A stretch of 64,000 bases of DNA from Octopus vulgaris. Its lineage: Eukaryota. The notes under the pieces were generated by a model, which was not told the DNA's origin, made no database searches, and saw only the letters and a program-made list of their open reading frames with translations. A program made the position numbers and the translations under genes. The stretch spans positions 27,466,001 through 27,530,000 of the forward strand of contig OX597838.1 of the NCBI GenBank assembly GCA_951406725.2. The letters are read 5' to 3'. Shown in pieces: positions 1 through 13,220 of this stretch; positions within the stretch are counted from its first letter, which is position 1, and each line of letters begins with the position of its first letter.

Positions 1-181
1 ATCAATGTCAGTTTGTCGAGTTTTTATGCATGCATGTGTGTGTGCACACGCATGCATGCATAAGTGCATACGCACATGCACACACATATACATATATGCA
101 TACACACACACACACGCATTCTCTCTTTCTCTATGGGGTTCTTGTGCTACTTTTATGCTATGGACTAAATTCTTTCACCAA

Positions 182-213
<32 letters not shown>

Positions 214-687
214 AGAAAAACAAAGAAACAGTAAAAGGAAAATGTAAATTAATATTGTGGTTGGTTGAGTTGATAAGGATTAGTGATGATAATGGGGATG
301 GCGGTGGTGGTGGTGAAGATGATAACTTGCCTCCACCTATTCCCCCCACTATAGTTGTTTTTGTTTTTGTTTTCTTTATTTGTTAAATTTCTAAATGATG
401 ACAATAATGATGATGATGATGATGATGGTGATTCCTAATGCTATAGGAACTAAACCACCTTTGGTGCTCGCTGTTCTTTAACTAAAAGCAAAGGTGACAA
501 GACAGCAGTGAGCATTTTCTAATTAAGAACCCAGTCATATCCGTAATTCACATGCTGTTAAGTTTATTAAGGGCATTCAAATGAGGTTGTTTCCCTCTTC
601 TGACTCTTAATTATCATCATCATCATCATCATCATCATCATTATCATTATTATTATTATTATTATTGTTGTTGTTGTTGTTGTTATA

Positions 688-943
688 GGCAGCGAGCTGG
701 CAGAGTTGTTAGCTCCCTGGACAAAATGCTTAGCGGTATTTCGCCCGTCACTCCATTCTGAGTTCAAATTCTGCCGAGGTTGACTTGGCCTTTCATCCTT
801 TTGGGATTGATAAAATAGGTACCAGTTGAACAATGGGGGTCGATATAATCGACTCATCCCCTCCCCTAAATTTGCTACCCTTGTGGCAAAATTTGAAACC
901 ATTATCATTATTATTATTATTATCATTATTATTATCATCATCA

Positions 944-998
<55 letters not shown>

Positions 999-1075
999 CA
1001 TTATTATTATTACTATTATTATTATTATTATTATTATCATTATTATCATCATCATCATTATTATTATTATTATTA
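688..1075 (+). mobile_element. tRNA-headed SINE family 1 (Meta-domain-like body) with long (ATT)n tail
   Basis: A-box TGGCAGAGTTGTT and B-box GAGTTCAAATTC, then GTTGACTTGGCCTTTCATCCTTT...GATAAAATAGGTACCAG (resembles the Meta/Sauria SINE domain, from recall), then a tail ending in (ATT)n; many copies in the window. Confidence 0.85.
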
Positions 1076-1259
1076 CCACCATGGGAGCAAGGCTTGAAAT
1101 TTTGAGAGGAGGCAGTAGTCGATTATATGAGAACCCCAGCACTCAACTGATACTTGTTTTTATTGACTCTAAAAAGACGAAAGGCAAAGTCAGCCTCAGT
1201 GAAATTTGAACTCAGAATGCAAACACAGAAGAAATGCTGTTAAGCATTCTTCCTCTCTT

Positions 1260-1404
1260 AATAATAATAATAATAATATTAATGATGATGATGATAGCAA
1301 TAATAATAATAATAATAATAATGATAATAATAATAATAATATGAATGATAATAATGATGATGATGATAGTAATAATAATAATATTAATGATAATAATGAT
1401 GATG

Positions 1405-1444
<40 letters not shown>

Positions 1445-1536
1445 TGATGATAGTAATAATAATAATGATGATGATAGTAATAATAATAATGATGATGATA
1501 GTAATAATAATAATAATAATGATAATAATGATGATG

Positions 1537-1570
<34 letters not shown>

Positions 1571-1571
1571 T
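1260..1571. repeat. Patterned (AAT)n/(GAT)n microsatellite
   Basis: Recurring unit (AAT)x-GATGATGAT-AGT. Confidence 0.95.
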
Positions 1572-2075
1572 GTTTCAAATTTTGGCACATAGCTTGTAAT
1601 TTCAGGGGAGTGTTAGTTGATTGCCTCAACACCAATATATGACTGGTACATTTTTCTTATCGACATTAGATGGACAGTTTATAATTATCGTGTGTGTGTG
1701 TGTGGGGGGTACATAAAAAAAAAAGATGAAAGGGATGATGAGGTGAGATGAGATAAAAAGAATGCATCGTGTACAACATATGTAATCACATAGATGATGT
1801 GGGAATGCCTCCAATTAGGGGCCAGTGATAAAAACTCTCAAATCCAGTATCACCTTGACCACCCAGGGTTTCGAGTTCTCACTCAACTGTTCTCGAGTCC
1901 ACAGGCACATGCTTAGACTAGTTCCATTCATCTTGACCGTTTTTTTTTGCTAGACCCACCCCTACCTTTTGATAAACTCCCTGGAGGAGAGCACTTTGCT
2001 CTTCACCCCCCCACTTTCCAACTCTATTTGGGTCCCTTTCTCACTTTTATTTCTCTCTTTGCAATACAAAGATAA

Positions 2076-2115
<40 letters not shown>

Positions 2116-2587
2116 TAACAAGCATATGTGTATATGCTTGTGTGTACATGCAGTCATGCACAGGCATCCATGCATTTATATGCATGCATTCATGCACACA
2201 AGCATATTCCCATGCTTACTCAGACACATGTGCATACAAACACTAGTGTACATGCGTTCACATTCACACACAATCACACACACACACACACACACACACT
2301 CTCACTCTGACACACACACATGCATAGTATCACACACACACACACACACACTCTCACTCTTACACACACACACATGCATAGTATCACACACACCCAGTGA
2401 TAGGTGTGGTGCTCTTGTAAGGCCTATAATCTAATGGCTAAAATAAACTCAATTTTACACACACACACATTTAGACACACATACTTATCCAAACACACAC
2501 ACACACTCACACAGATATGCACACACATACATACACAAACACTCAGATGAGTAGATGGATGTAGAAACATATAAACACACAGATGTG

Positions 2588-2622
<35 letters not shown>

Positions 2623-3704
2623 ATACACATGTAACATATACAAATGCACTCACATATGCATATAGAAACAGATGCATACACATATACATATCCTAACACA
2701 CACACACACATATATATACTTATATAAACATAGACACAATACACACACACAGACTAGCACAGATGCATGCATACTCATATACAATCACACATACACACAC
2801 ACGTGCATATACCACCTCAACATCACCAGCGCCACCACCAAACCCTGGCAGGATGCCAGATCTTCTGTTCACAACTACCTGAATGCCACTTTCTGATATT
2901 TATCTTTTATTAGTCAAATAAAAGCGAGTTCCTACTTGGGAAGATAATTGTTTGACTTTTAGATCACTTAAACCTCCTCCTCCTCCTCCTGCTCCTCCTC
3001 CTCCTCCTGCTCCTCCTCCTTCCTAGACATCCTTCCTTCTCTCCTCTTCTCTTCTTTATCCACCTCTTCCTCACGCTCCTCCTTCCTCGTATCCTTCTTC
3101 TCTTCTGCCTTCATCTCCCCATCCCTTCTCCTCCACTTCCTCATCTTCCTTCCAAATCTGTATTTTCCTCCTCCTTTTCCTCCTGTTTGATTCACTGACT
3201 ATAGGACCCTAAAAAAAAAATCTTGTCTAGAGCCCCCCCCCCACTCAATCCTCCACTTTTTTTTGCATTATTAAAATAAAACATTCTTTTCCAGTTTGGT
3301 TTGTGTGTGTGTGTTGATAATTTATTTTACAAACATCCTACAACTAAGTGTGTATGTGTGTGTGTGTGTGTGTGCGCGCCTCATATATGAGTCATGTATA
3401 AATATGTGTGTGTGTGTGTTGTGTTACTTGAGGACCACTCTGATGCCAGTGGCATGAGAGAAAAAAAAACACCCTGTACACACTGTACAGTGGTTGGCAT
3501 TAGAGAGGACATCCAACCATGGACACCATGCCAAACCTGTGTGAACTTCCAGTTGATGCCACTCTTGTGGATTATTGGATTTTGTCAAACCATCTAAGCC
3601 ATGTCAGCATGGAAAGTGGACACGAAATGTTGATGATGATGACGTGTGTGTGTGTGTATGTATGTATGTATGTATGTATGTATGAATATATGTATGTGTG
3701 TGTG

Positions 3705-4073
3705 TGTTGTGGTAAGAAGCTTACTTCCTAATCACGTGGTTCCAGGTCCAGTCCCACTGCATGGCACCTTGGGCAAATGTCTTCTAGTATAGCCTCTGAC
3801 TAACCAAAGACTTGAAAGTGGATTTGGTAGACGGAAACTGAAAGAAGCCAAAAGTAGGTTTACAGTTATCATGTAGGCACTTTAAATTTTTTTAAAAACA
3901 TTTTATTACATTTAAATTTCTATCATACAAACTGAAAAGGGAGCTTGACAAAATTAGCTAAATTGGCAAAGAATAATGGTTTCACATTTTTTTATAATTA
4001 AGATCTAAATTGTTAATATATGGACACGAAAGAGATAGTCGAATAACTGTAAGCCTACTTTTGGGCCACCCTG

Positions 4074-4124
<51 letters not shown>

Positions 4125-4348
4125 CTTTGTAACTGTGCTTGTTCTTGCCACCACCGCATGACAACTGGTATTGGTGTGTTTATGTCCTTGTAACTTAGCA
4201 GCTTAGCAAAAATGATTAATAGAACAAGTACCAGGCTTCAAAAGAAAAAGAAAGTACGGGGTTAATTCATTCAATTAAAATTCTTCCAGGTCTAAAATTC
4301 TCCCCACCATGGCCACAATCTAATTACTGAAACAAGTAAAAGGTAAAA
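3705..4348 (+). mobile_element. SINE family 2 interrupted by a Tc1/mariner MITE
   Basis: Family-2 head (GTGGTAAGAAGCTT...CCTTGGGCAAATGTC) and tail (CTGAAACAAGTAAAAG) either side of the MITE. Confidence 0.8.
3848..4073. mobile_element. Tc1/mariner-type MITE, left TIR truncated
   Basis: Left CCAAAAGTAGGTTTACAGTTAT is the inverted match of right ATAACTGTAAGCCTACTTTTGG-GCCACCCTG, followed by TA. Confidence 0.75.
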
Positions 4349-5211
4349 GCACCCACTACACTCTCAGAGTGGTTGGCATCAGGAAGGGCATCCAGCTGTA
4401 GAAACCCTGTCCTGGATGTCATGCTGTGGGACTGAAGTCCAAACCACGGGGTTGGGAGGTGAACTTCTTAACCCCACAACACTAAGGACATTTTTACTTC
4501 ATGTATATGATCAATGGCTGGGTTGTGTGTGTATGTTGGTTTATTTTGAGTGTTGTTGCAGAAAGTAGAAAGCCTTCATGTCAAGACCAACCTGATCCTC
4601 AATGGCTCTGGTGTACTGCTCCTAAACTTTGCTTTGTCTTCCTTATTTTTGCCAAATGACTGCTTTTCACAGGTGTTTATTCATCTTTATGCCTTGTTAC
4701 AATGTCCTTTGTGCATTGTCTAAACAACCAGTCTAGTTTGAAGGCCTTATATTTTTGATATTCTCTGTGTACTGTGATCAGTAGGTTTATTGAGTACAAA
4801 GAGTAAGTGAAACCTCGTTGCTGAATGCTGTTTGAGCAGACATATAGTGTAGAGGTAACCAAGTGAACACATTTGATCATTTCAACAGCATTTTTGAATG
4901 GGGCCATACTGTCTCTGTTGTAAATATGCCATGTTGAGATTTAGGTCCTCACATATCTAGTTTCTCGTCCTGAAAAAGATTTTAAAAAAAAACATGTTTT
5001 TGATACAAGTTTCATTGTTCCTTTGAACTTGTGAAGTAGCGTACAAACTAGCTTTCTAACTCCATGCATTGTTGTTGTTTAGCCCCGGGTCAGATGTGAT
5101 ACAGGGTAAGCTTTTTGATCATAAATGTTCCACCTTTCACCATCTCTTTTGTTATTCAAGTATAGTGTACTTAGGTCTACATTAACCAGTGGATTGTTTC
5201 TCTATTTTTTT

Positions 5212-5595
5212 GTGGCTGTGTGGTAAGTAGCTTGCTTACCAACCACATGGTTCTAGGTTCAGTTCCACTGCATGGCACCTTGGGCAAGTGTCTTCTACTA
5301 TAGCCTCAGGCTGACCAAAGCCTTGTGAGTGGATTTGGTAGGTGGAAACTGAAAGAAGCCTGTCGTGTGTGTGTGTGTGTATGTTTGTGTGTCTGTGTTT
5401 GTCCCCCCAACATCGCTTGACAACCAATGCTGGTGTGTTTACATCCCCGTAACATAGCGGTTTGGCAAAAGACACCAATAGAATAAGTATGAGGCTTACA
5501 AAGAATAAGTCCTGGGGTCGATTTGCTTGACTAAAAGTGGTGTTCCAGCATGGCCACAGTCAAATGACTGAAACAAGTAAAAGAGTAAAGAGAGA
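5212..5595 (+). mobile_element. tRNA-headed SINE family 2 (CORE-like CCTTGGGCAAGT segment, internal TG/TA microsatellite)
   Basis: A-box TGGCTGTGTGG, B-box GGTTCAGTTCC, internal (TG)n, tail ATGACTGAAACAAGTAAAAGAG; further copies near 9755, 22142(-), 24815(-), 26395, 37783, 47755(-), 48971, 52190(-), 53695(-), 60051, 61695. Confidence 0.9.
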
Positions 5596-6260
5596 GTAGG
5601 GTGGTGGTGATGTGAAAGAGATTTGGTTGCTATTACTAGCAGGTTCAGCAATTGAATAGGGACACCTGCCCACTGGCTTGTTTACTTAGGTTGATAAATC
5701 AAACAGTTGTAACCTGTATTGCTGTTGTTTAACTCCAGGCCATCTCCAGTCTCTGATAAAAAGCATTCCAGTCATGACCTTTTCGTCAATTTAATCTATC
5801 CTTCCCATTTTCCCATTCAAATGAGGGGATTTTCTTTTGTCTTGTGAGTTACTTTGTCAACCTCACTAGTGCTGGTGCCACAAAATGAAAAGGTATCCAC
5901 TACATTCTGTAAAGGGGTTGGCATTAGGAAGGGCATCCAGCTGTAGAAACTATGCTGAAGCCAGACATCGGAGCCTTACACAGCCCTCCAGCTCATTTGG
6001 ATCCTGTCAAATAGTCGTGGCATGGATTGGATCCTGTCAAAGCATTTGACAGGATCTGACCCATGCCTACATGGAAGACAGACATTAAATGATGAACGTG
6101 AAGAGTGTGATGAGAGGGAAATTTGGTAGCTCTTTCTAGCAGAGCTGCCCAGGTAACCATGAAGATGCTCCTCTTTATTCGTAGAATTTTTAAAATCTAA
6201 AAGTCCAAGAAGTTAGACTTTGTTCTTCAGTAGTGAAGAGTTCAGGTATTTCCTAATTCA

Positions 6261-6690
6261 CACAGGTATGGCTGTATGGTTAAGAAGTTTTGCTTGCCAA
6301 CTACATGGCCTTGAGTTCAATCCCACTACATGGCATATTGGGTTAGTGTATTCAACTGCAGCTGCGGGCCTTACCAAAAGCCTTGTGAGTGGATTTCATA
6401 GATGGAAACTGAAAGAAGCCCATCTTCTACAGACATATAAAAGTGTGTGTGTGCATGTGTTCGTGTATGTGACTGTTATACAAGTGGTGTCTACAAGCAG
6501 TATCTAAACTTGTGTGTAGAGTGTATCTGGACATGGGGGGTGGGGATATTACTATAATTGAAAATAGGTGAAGGTTGGTAGCTGGAAGGGCATCCAGCTA
6601 TAAAAAAAAGTCTGCCTTGACAAATATCCATCCGACCCATACAAGCATAGAAAAGTTGACATAAAAAGACAATGAGGATGATGATGATGA
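6261..6690 (+). mobile_element. Composite SINE: family-2 head with RTE-type body and (GAT)n tail
   Basis: Family-2 head, then GGTTGGTAGCTGGAAGGGCATCCAGCT and a (GAT)n end; related copy at about 20220-20580 (-). Confidence 0.65.
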
Positions 6691-7623
6691 TGCCCCCCTT
6701 ATGTTTAGGGGGTTTCTTTTTGTAATCGTAGGCATCTGAATACATACAATTGTAAATGCAATGCCCTATCCCAACTGTGAGCAGCCGTTTTTTTCTCTCA
6801 TTAATGTTCTAATGCAGTAATCATCAAGTGCTAATTAAAAGCAATGTTTTCTCACCTGCTTTGTATATTTCTGCTATTCCGTTGCAACATCTTTGCCTGT
6901 GTTTCACTGATCTGGTTTTAGATGCAACCGTTTTTTATTCTGAAAGGCATTATTAAATTGCTTTGAGAACATCTCATTTCACGTCTTAAGATTTGAGAAG
7001 TAATCTGGGGTGGGGAAGTAGGTTTTTTCCCCCTCTAATCTGTTTTATTTGACCTTATCTCTCCACTGACTCCGCCTACTACTATTACTACTACTAGCAG
7101 CAGGAGCAACACTGCTGCCACTATTACTTCTATAATTTTGTTTATATTATTCTTTGGAACAGAAATGGTTTCAACGCTAGAAAATTTGAATTTATGCATT
7201 TCTCTCTTCCCTGGGCCTTCAGTCCCTGTTGGGGGTTAGTTGTAAGGTGTCATTACAAAATAGAGTGGTCCTGGGGCAATTTTAAAATTTGATGGAACCC
7301 ATCTCACTCTAAGTCAGAACATAGCCAATTTCTTCTTCCAGGGAAGAAGAGAAGAGGAAGAAAGGTGCCCTTAGCAGAGTTCGTTTGATTGTAAGAATTT
7401 GGGCCAGGCCCTCGTCAGGCCCTCGTGGTTATAAACAAGCATCACTGACATGCAAAGTGTGTTCCTCGTTTCTAGCTTTCTGTGTAAACTGGTCCAATCA
7501 TAGGGAAATATTACCTTGCTTTGAAAGTGTGAAGTGTTGGTGATAGGGAGATTACCAGGCCTTAGGAAATCTGCCTAAGGAGAAGTAACATCAAAACAAC
7601 ACTGATGATAATGATGATGATGA

Positions 7624-7681
<58 letters not shown>

Positions 7682-7683
<2 letters not shown>

Positions 7684-7910
7684 GCGGAGAGCTGGCAGAA
7701 CCGTTAGCATGCCGGGTGAAATGCGTAGCCGTATTTCGTCTGCCGTTACGTTCTGAGTTCAAATTCTGCCGAGGTTGACTTTGTTTTCATCCTTTCAGTG
7801 TCAATAAATTAAGTACCAGTTACACACTGGGGTCGATGTAATCAACTTAATCCGTTTGTCTGTCCTTGTTTGTCTCCTCTATGTTTAACCCCTTGTGGGT
7901 TATAAAGAAA
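7682..7910 (+). mobile_element. SINE family 1, tail type a, adjacent to (TA)n
   Basis: Full head and Meta-like body, then TTTGTCTGTCCTTGTTTGTC...AAAGAAA. Confidence 0.9.
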
Positions 7911-8547
7911 CACACATATATATATATATATATATTGTTAGATGTCTCTGTTTTTGTCTTTATTGTGTAGACTTGATGTCTCCAAAAAAAAATAACAAAA
8001 CAGACATATTTGTCTGTCTATTAATATTGTCATTTACGTTTAAGAAAATTTTATAAATATATTTATGAAAGGAGAAGACGACAAACAAGAAATAAATGGG
8101 TCAGGTGGTGGTGGTGGTGGTGGATGAAAGAAAAGTGGGGAGAGGATGAAACTATGGGAATTTGTATGAGGTAAGGTAAATATTTAATTTGATTTCCAGG
8201 TAGGGGTTGAGGTACGAGGACAACCACAAGGCAGTCGTGGGGGGAAGAGGGGAAGCGGTTCGCAAATGAAAGTGGGTTTTATGAAAAAATCCATGCTGCC
8301 ATTTGTATTCATTGTATCTTCTATCTTTGCTGGTCAGTAGAGGTGAAAACAAGTTTTAGTCAGCCATATTTGGTGACATTTCCTGCGAGAAAAGCAGCTT
8401 AGGAATGCCAAACAAGTGTAAACATTACAACTTAAAAGACAGAGACAGACAGACAGACAGGCAGGCAGGCAGACATGCGCGTGCACACACATTTGATATT
8501 GAAATGAATTAAAAAAAAAAAAAAAAAGCTATTTCAGTTATACCTAT

Positions 8548-8778
8548 TTCTTTACTACCCACAAGGGGCTAAACACAGAGAGGATAAACAAGGACAGACA
8601 AAACGGATTAAGCCGATTATATCGACCCCAGTGTGTAACTGGTACTTATTTAATCGACCCCGAAAGGATGAAAGGCAAAGTCGACCTTGGCGGAATTTGA
8701 ACCCAGAATGTAACGGCAGACGAAATACCACTAAGCATTTCGCCTGGCGTGCTAACGATTCTGCCAGCTCGCCGCCTT
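8548..8778 (-). mobile_element. SINE family 1 with 17-bp target-site duplication
   Basis: ATTTCAGTTATACCTAT at 8531-8547 and 8792-8808 flanks the element. Confidence 0.9.
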
Positions 8779-9179
8779 ACATTTCAGTTATATTTCAGTT
8801 ATACCTATGGTGGAAGTTGTGGTCGGGATGGGGTCAGTGGTGGAGGTGGTGTCAGTGGGTGTGGTGGGAGTCAACATTAGCAATTAAATTAAAAGAGTCT
8901 GTTTGCCCCGACATCTCCAGTGCATTTGAAGAAACTAATGTAACATGTCATTGTATAATACATACTTATATACATACATACATATATATATATACACACA
9001 TACGCACACACATATATAAACACATGTATATGTATGTGTATGCATGTATACTGTGTATGTATGTATGTATGTATGTATATGTGTATATATATATACACAC
9101 ACATAGGCACACACACATATATAAACACATGTATATGTATGTGTATGCATGTATACCATGTATGTATGTATATATATAG

Positions 9180-9322
9180 GGAGAATTCACAAGAAACAAA
9201 AGATGAAGACAGATGTATTAGTAATAATGCTTGGAAAGTGAAAAAGTCTTTAACGTTTCGAGCCTATGTTCTTCCACAGAAAGAAACAGAGAGAAAATAA
9301 TGTGTAGTGGCTAGCGATCTAT
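9180..9322 (-). mobile_element. Penelope-like terminal fragment with hammerhead-like motif
   Basis: Minus strand 9284-9247 reads TCTTT-CTGTGGAA-GAACATAGGCTC-GAAACGTT-AAAGA; homologous to the pieces at 20026 and 52932. Confidence 0.6.
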
Positions 9323-9754
9323 CAGGAAGGGAGAAGGTGGGTAGGAGTGAAGAGAAGTCGGAGTTGGAACAAGAGAGGAGAGGAGAGGTGGATGGCAGGA
9401 AGTAGTTGTGAGAGGGAGAAGAGGATTAGATGAAGAGAGGAGGAGAGTTGAGCCCATGTGGCGCAAAGGAGCAAAGAGAGAAGATTAATCCCTGTTCATG
9501 ACGCAAATTACCCCCCCCCCCGTACACACACACACACACACATATATATGTGTGTATATATATATATGCATATATTTGTGTTTGTCTTCGCCCAGCTTGA
9601 CAACTGGTGCTCATTTCTTTACAGCACTGGCAAAAGAGACTGATGGAATGAGTATCAGATTTTAAAGGAATAACTACTGGGGTTGATTTGTATGGGTTAT
9701 CTCTTTCAGGATGGTGCTCCAGCATAGCCATTTGTTATTTTATTTATTAAATAT

Positions 9755-10165
9755 AGGCACAGGAGTGGCTGTGTGGTAAATAGGTTGCTTGCCAACCACA
9801 TGGTTCTGGGTTCAATCCCACCACGTGGCACCTTGGGCAAGTGTCTTCTACTATAGCCCTGGGCCAGCCAAAGCCTTGTGAGTGGATTTGGTAGACGGAA
9901 ACTGAAAGAAGCCCGTCGTGTGTATGTATGTATATATATATATATGTATGTGTGTATATATTTGTGCATCTATGTTTGTCCCCCTAACATCGCTTGACAA
10001 CCGACGCTGGTGTGTTTACGTCCCTGTAACTTAGCGGTTCGGTAAAAGAGACCGATAGAATAAGTACTAGGCTTCTAAACAATAAGTCTGGGGTCGATTT
10101 GTTCAACTAAAAGTAGTGTTCCAACATGGCCACAGTCAAATGACTGAAACAAGTAAAAGAGAGAG
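9755..10165 (+). mobile_element. SINE family 2, full length
   Basis: Complete head, internal microsatellite and tail. Confidence 0.9.
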
Positions 10166-10370
10166 TAAATGAATCAAAGAACATATGGTCCATACAGGCC
10201 CTCTTGTGAACTCTAAACTCCTTTTGCCAGCCTCTGATGTAAAAGTCTCTTCATTGGCCTGGCTGTGGCTAGAAGAATAATATTATATATTACAATGAAG
10301 TGTAAACTGCGAAAGCAGAGACTTCATAGTGTAGTTATAAAGAAATAGGTTTAATATACTTTATCATATA

Positions 10371-10656
10371 TCTTTATATATAAAACTAAAGTTGTGTGTG
10401 TGTCTGTCTACTCCGATTTAGATTCCTAACTACTCCCACATTTTGCAGTGCAGTTTAACCAAAAGCAGGTATCTTATAGTCGTGATTCATATCGAGCCCT
10501 TCTTGGTATTAGCGCGCGTCTACGATGAGTCTACGATTTAAAAAAAAAATTACCATAATTTTTCCGCATTTTTAATGATTTTTGCTCGGGTTATATAAGG
10601 GAAGTAACTCTCTAAAAATGCTTACAAACCTGAGCAACGCCGGGCGATACTGCTAG
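10371..10656 (+). mobile_element. Non-autonomous Helitron
   Basis: Starts A|TC (TCTTTATATATAAA), ends with imperfect hairpin CCTGAGCAACGCCGGG about 10 nt before CTAG|T; no TSD. Confidence 0.85.
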
Positions 10657-11379
10657 TTGTAATATAAATTGGTTTGCTTTGGGTGGGTTGGTGGTTTTAA
10701 TTATTCAGGTCACCTCTAAGTGTGCAATGATGTTTGCATGGTGTCCAACATGCCAGATTTCAAAGTAAATGCTACATTGCTGTTGTGAAATTACTAAGCA
10801 GTTTGTGAGATGAATGTTTGTAGCTTATCAGGTGGACAATTAGAGCATTTATTGGAGAACATACCGGAATATGATAGTTGCTGACACATGATAGACAATA
10901 TCTCTTGATCAACAATATCACTGGCTAATTAGTCTTGTGACATAGACTGAACGATTTCAGTCCAAGCTGGCACTATGTTAACAATACCAGCAACAAGATC
11001 GCTAGTGAACCTCTACATGATCATTTAATATGCTAGAAACAACAGACACCCCACCAAAAGAAAACGTACTGAAAGACGATCTCTGATTGGCTATTACACT
11101 TCAAAAACCAACCATTCACAATATTTGTTTCATGGAATATCCTCAAAGTCCTTTCAACTTGTATCACTTGGGCCAGTCAGCCAGCATGGGTGTTCCAAAA
11201 GGGTTCAGGTGGGTACCTTTTGACTACATTCTGTAAAAACATCAGTGCTAAATTTTTTAACAGTAGGTATTGCTGATAATAGTATTTATTTAACAGCTGT
11301 GGCCCAATTACAGGAGTTTGCCTTTGAGATGTTTTATAGATATCTGATGACAGTTGTTAGCTGTTCAATATAACAATAA

Positions 11380-11599
11380 TGATTTCAGATGTTGGCACAA
11401 GGCCAGCAAGTTCAGAGAGGGGATAAGTCGATTACATCAACCCCAGTACTCAACTGGTACTTACTTTATTGACTTCAAAAGGAAAAAAAGTAAAGTTGAT
11501 CTGGACAGAATTTCAATCCAGGGTGTAAAGACAGATGAAATTCAGCAAGGCATTTTGCCCAGCATGCTAACGATTCGGCCAGTTCACCACCTTATATAA

Positions 11600-11642
<43 letters not shown>

Positions 11643-12261
11643 CCTTTCTGCTAGAAAGCCTGAAATTTTGGGGGAGGGGACTAGTTGATTACATTCACTC
11701 CAGTGCTTCACTGGTACTTAATCTGACCCCTAAAGGAGAAAGACAAAGTAAACCTGGCGGAATTTGAACTCAGAATGTAGCAATGGGCGAAATACCATTA
11801 AGCATTTTGTCTAGTGTGCTAGCAGTTGTGCCACCTCTGCCACCTTATACAATTATTATAATCCTTTCTGCTATAGGCACAAGGCCTAAAATTTTGTGAG
11901 AGGCGACTAGTTGATTACATCGAGCCCCAATGTTTCACCGGTACTTAATTTATCAACCCTGTTAGGATGAAAGACAAAGTCGACCTCGGCAGAATTTGAA
12001 CTTAGAATATAGCAACAAGCGAAATACATATTTCTTTACTACTCACAAGGGGCTAAACACAGAGGGGACAAACAAGGACAGACAAAGGGATTAAGTCGAT
12101 TACATCGACCCCAGTGCATAATTGGTATTTATTTAATCGACCCCGAAAGGATGAAAGGCAAAGTCGACCTCCGCGGAATTTGAACTCAGAACACAGCGGC
12201 GGACAAAATGCCGCAAAGCATTTCGTCCGCTGTGCTAACGATTCTGCCAGTTCGCCACCTT
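11380..12261 (-). mobile_element. Head-to-tail cluster of four family-1 SINEs
   Basis: Units at about 11380-11593, 11641-11846, 11861-12027 and 12030-12261, separated by (AAT)n or directly fused. Confidence 0.85.
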
Positions 12262-12935
12262 ATATAATAATAATAATAATAATAAAAATTATAACAGCAG
12301 CAATGATGGTTGGTTGATGGCAAATAGACTATTATCAAGTATCCATTTTCAGGTTAGTACAGCTAACGTCTTCTACTTGAAGTAGTTTATCACTTCCCTG
12401 ATTGGCCTCCACCCACTCTTACAGTGTGAAACTTGGGCCAAAGGTGGCCCCCCGAATTATGAGGAAGCTTTTTGTTGTTTTTTTAGCTGCAGCTTGAAGT
12501 TGGCCTAAAAGATTAATCAAAAGCAACCAGAGAAGATGATTTAAGTTCTAGTGTTAATAGGATGAAACTGGAGAAGACAGACATCCATTTTACACATGCC
12601 ATGTATATTAATTGTCAGGGAAATAAAATGTGAACATTGAGAATGGTGGAATTGGTGGATGTGGTCTCTTGGTAAATTCCTAAGAGGGGGGGAAAGAAAG
12701 AAAGGGAAAAAGAAACCTATTGCAATTGTTCACCTGGTTGTTTTTTATGTATACTTCACATGCATATGTGTGCACAGAGGTGAATGAAACCATCAACACC
12801 AGTCCTGTTAAGTGTTTAACACCATTTTGTCTTTCAGCAATGATAGAATGCTCTTAACACATTCCTTCCCCTCTCCTTCCCTCTCTCTATCTGTTGAGGT
12901 AGCATTGTATTTATTTATTTGTGTGTGTGTGTATT

Positions 12936-12977
<42 letters not shown>

Positions 12978-12978
<1 letters not shown>

Positions 12979-13208
12979 GGTGAGCTGGCAGAAACGTTAG
13001 TGCACCGGGCAAAATGCTTAGCAGTATTTCGTCTGCTGTTACGTTCTGGGTTCAAATTCCGCTGAAGTCAACTTCGCCTTTCATCTTTTCGGGGTCGATA
13101 AATTAAGTACAAGTTACGCACTGGGGTCGATGTAATTGACTTAATCCGTTTGTCTGTCCTTGTTTGTCCCCTCTGTGTTTATTTAGCCCCTTGAGGGTAG
13201 AAAAGAAA
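12978..13208 (+). mobile_element. SINE family 1, tail type a
   Basis: Follows (TA)n; head, body and tail intact. Confidence 0.85.
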
Positions 13209-13220
13209 TATATATATATA

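Noticed and set aside
4780-4985. Minus-strand acceptor TTTTTCAG with a downstream AATAAA (possible terminal exon)
   Set aside because: All frames stop within a few codons and no partner exon is found.
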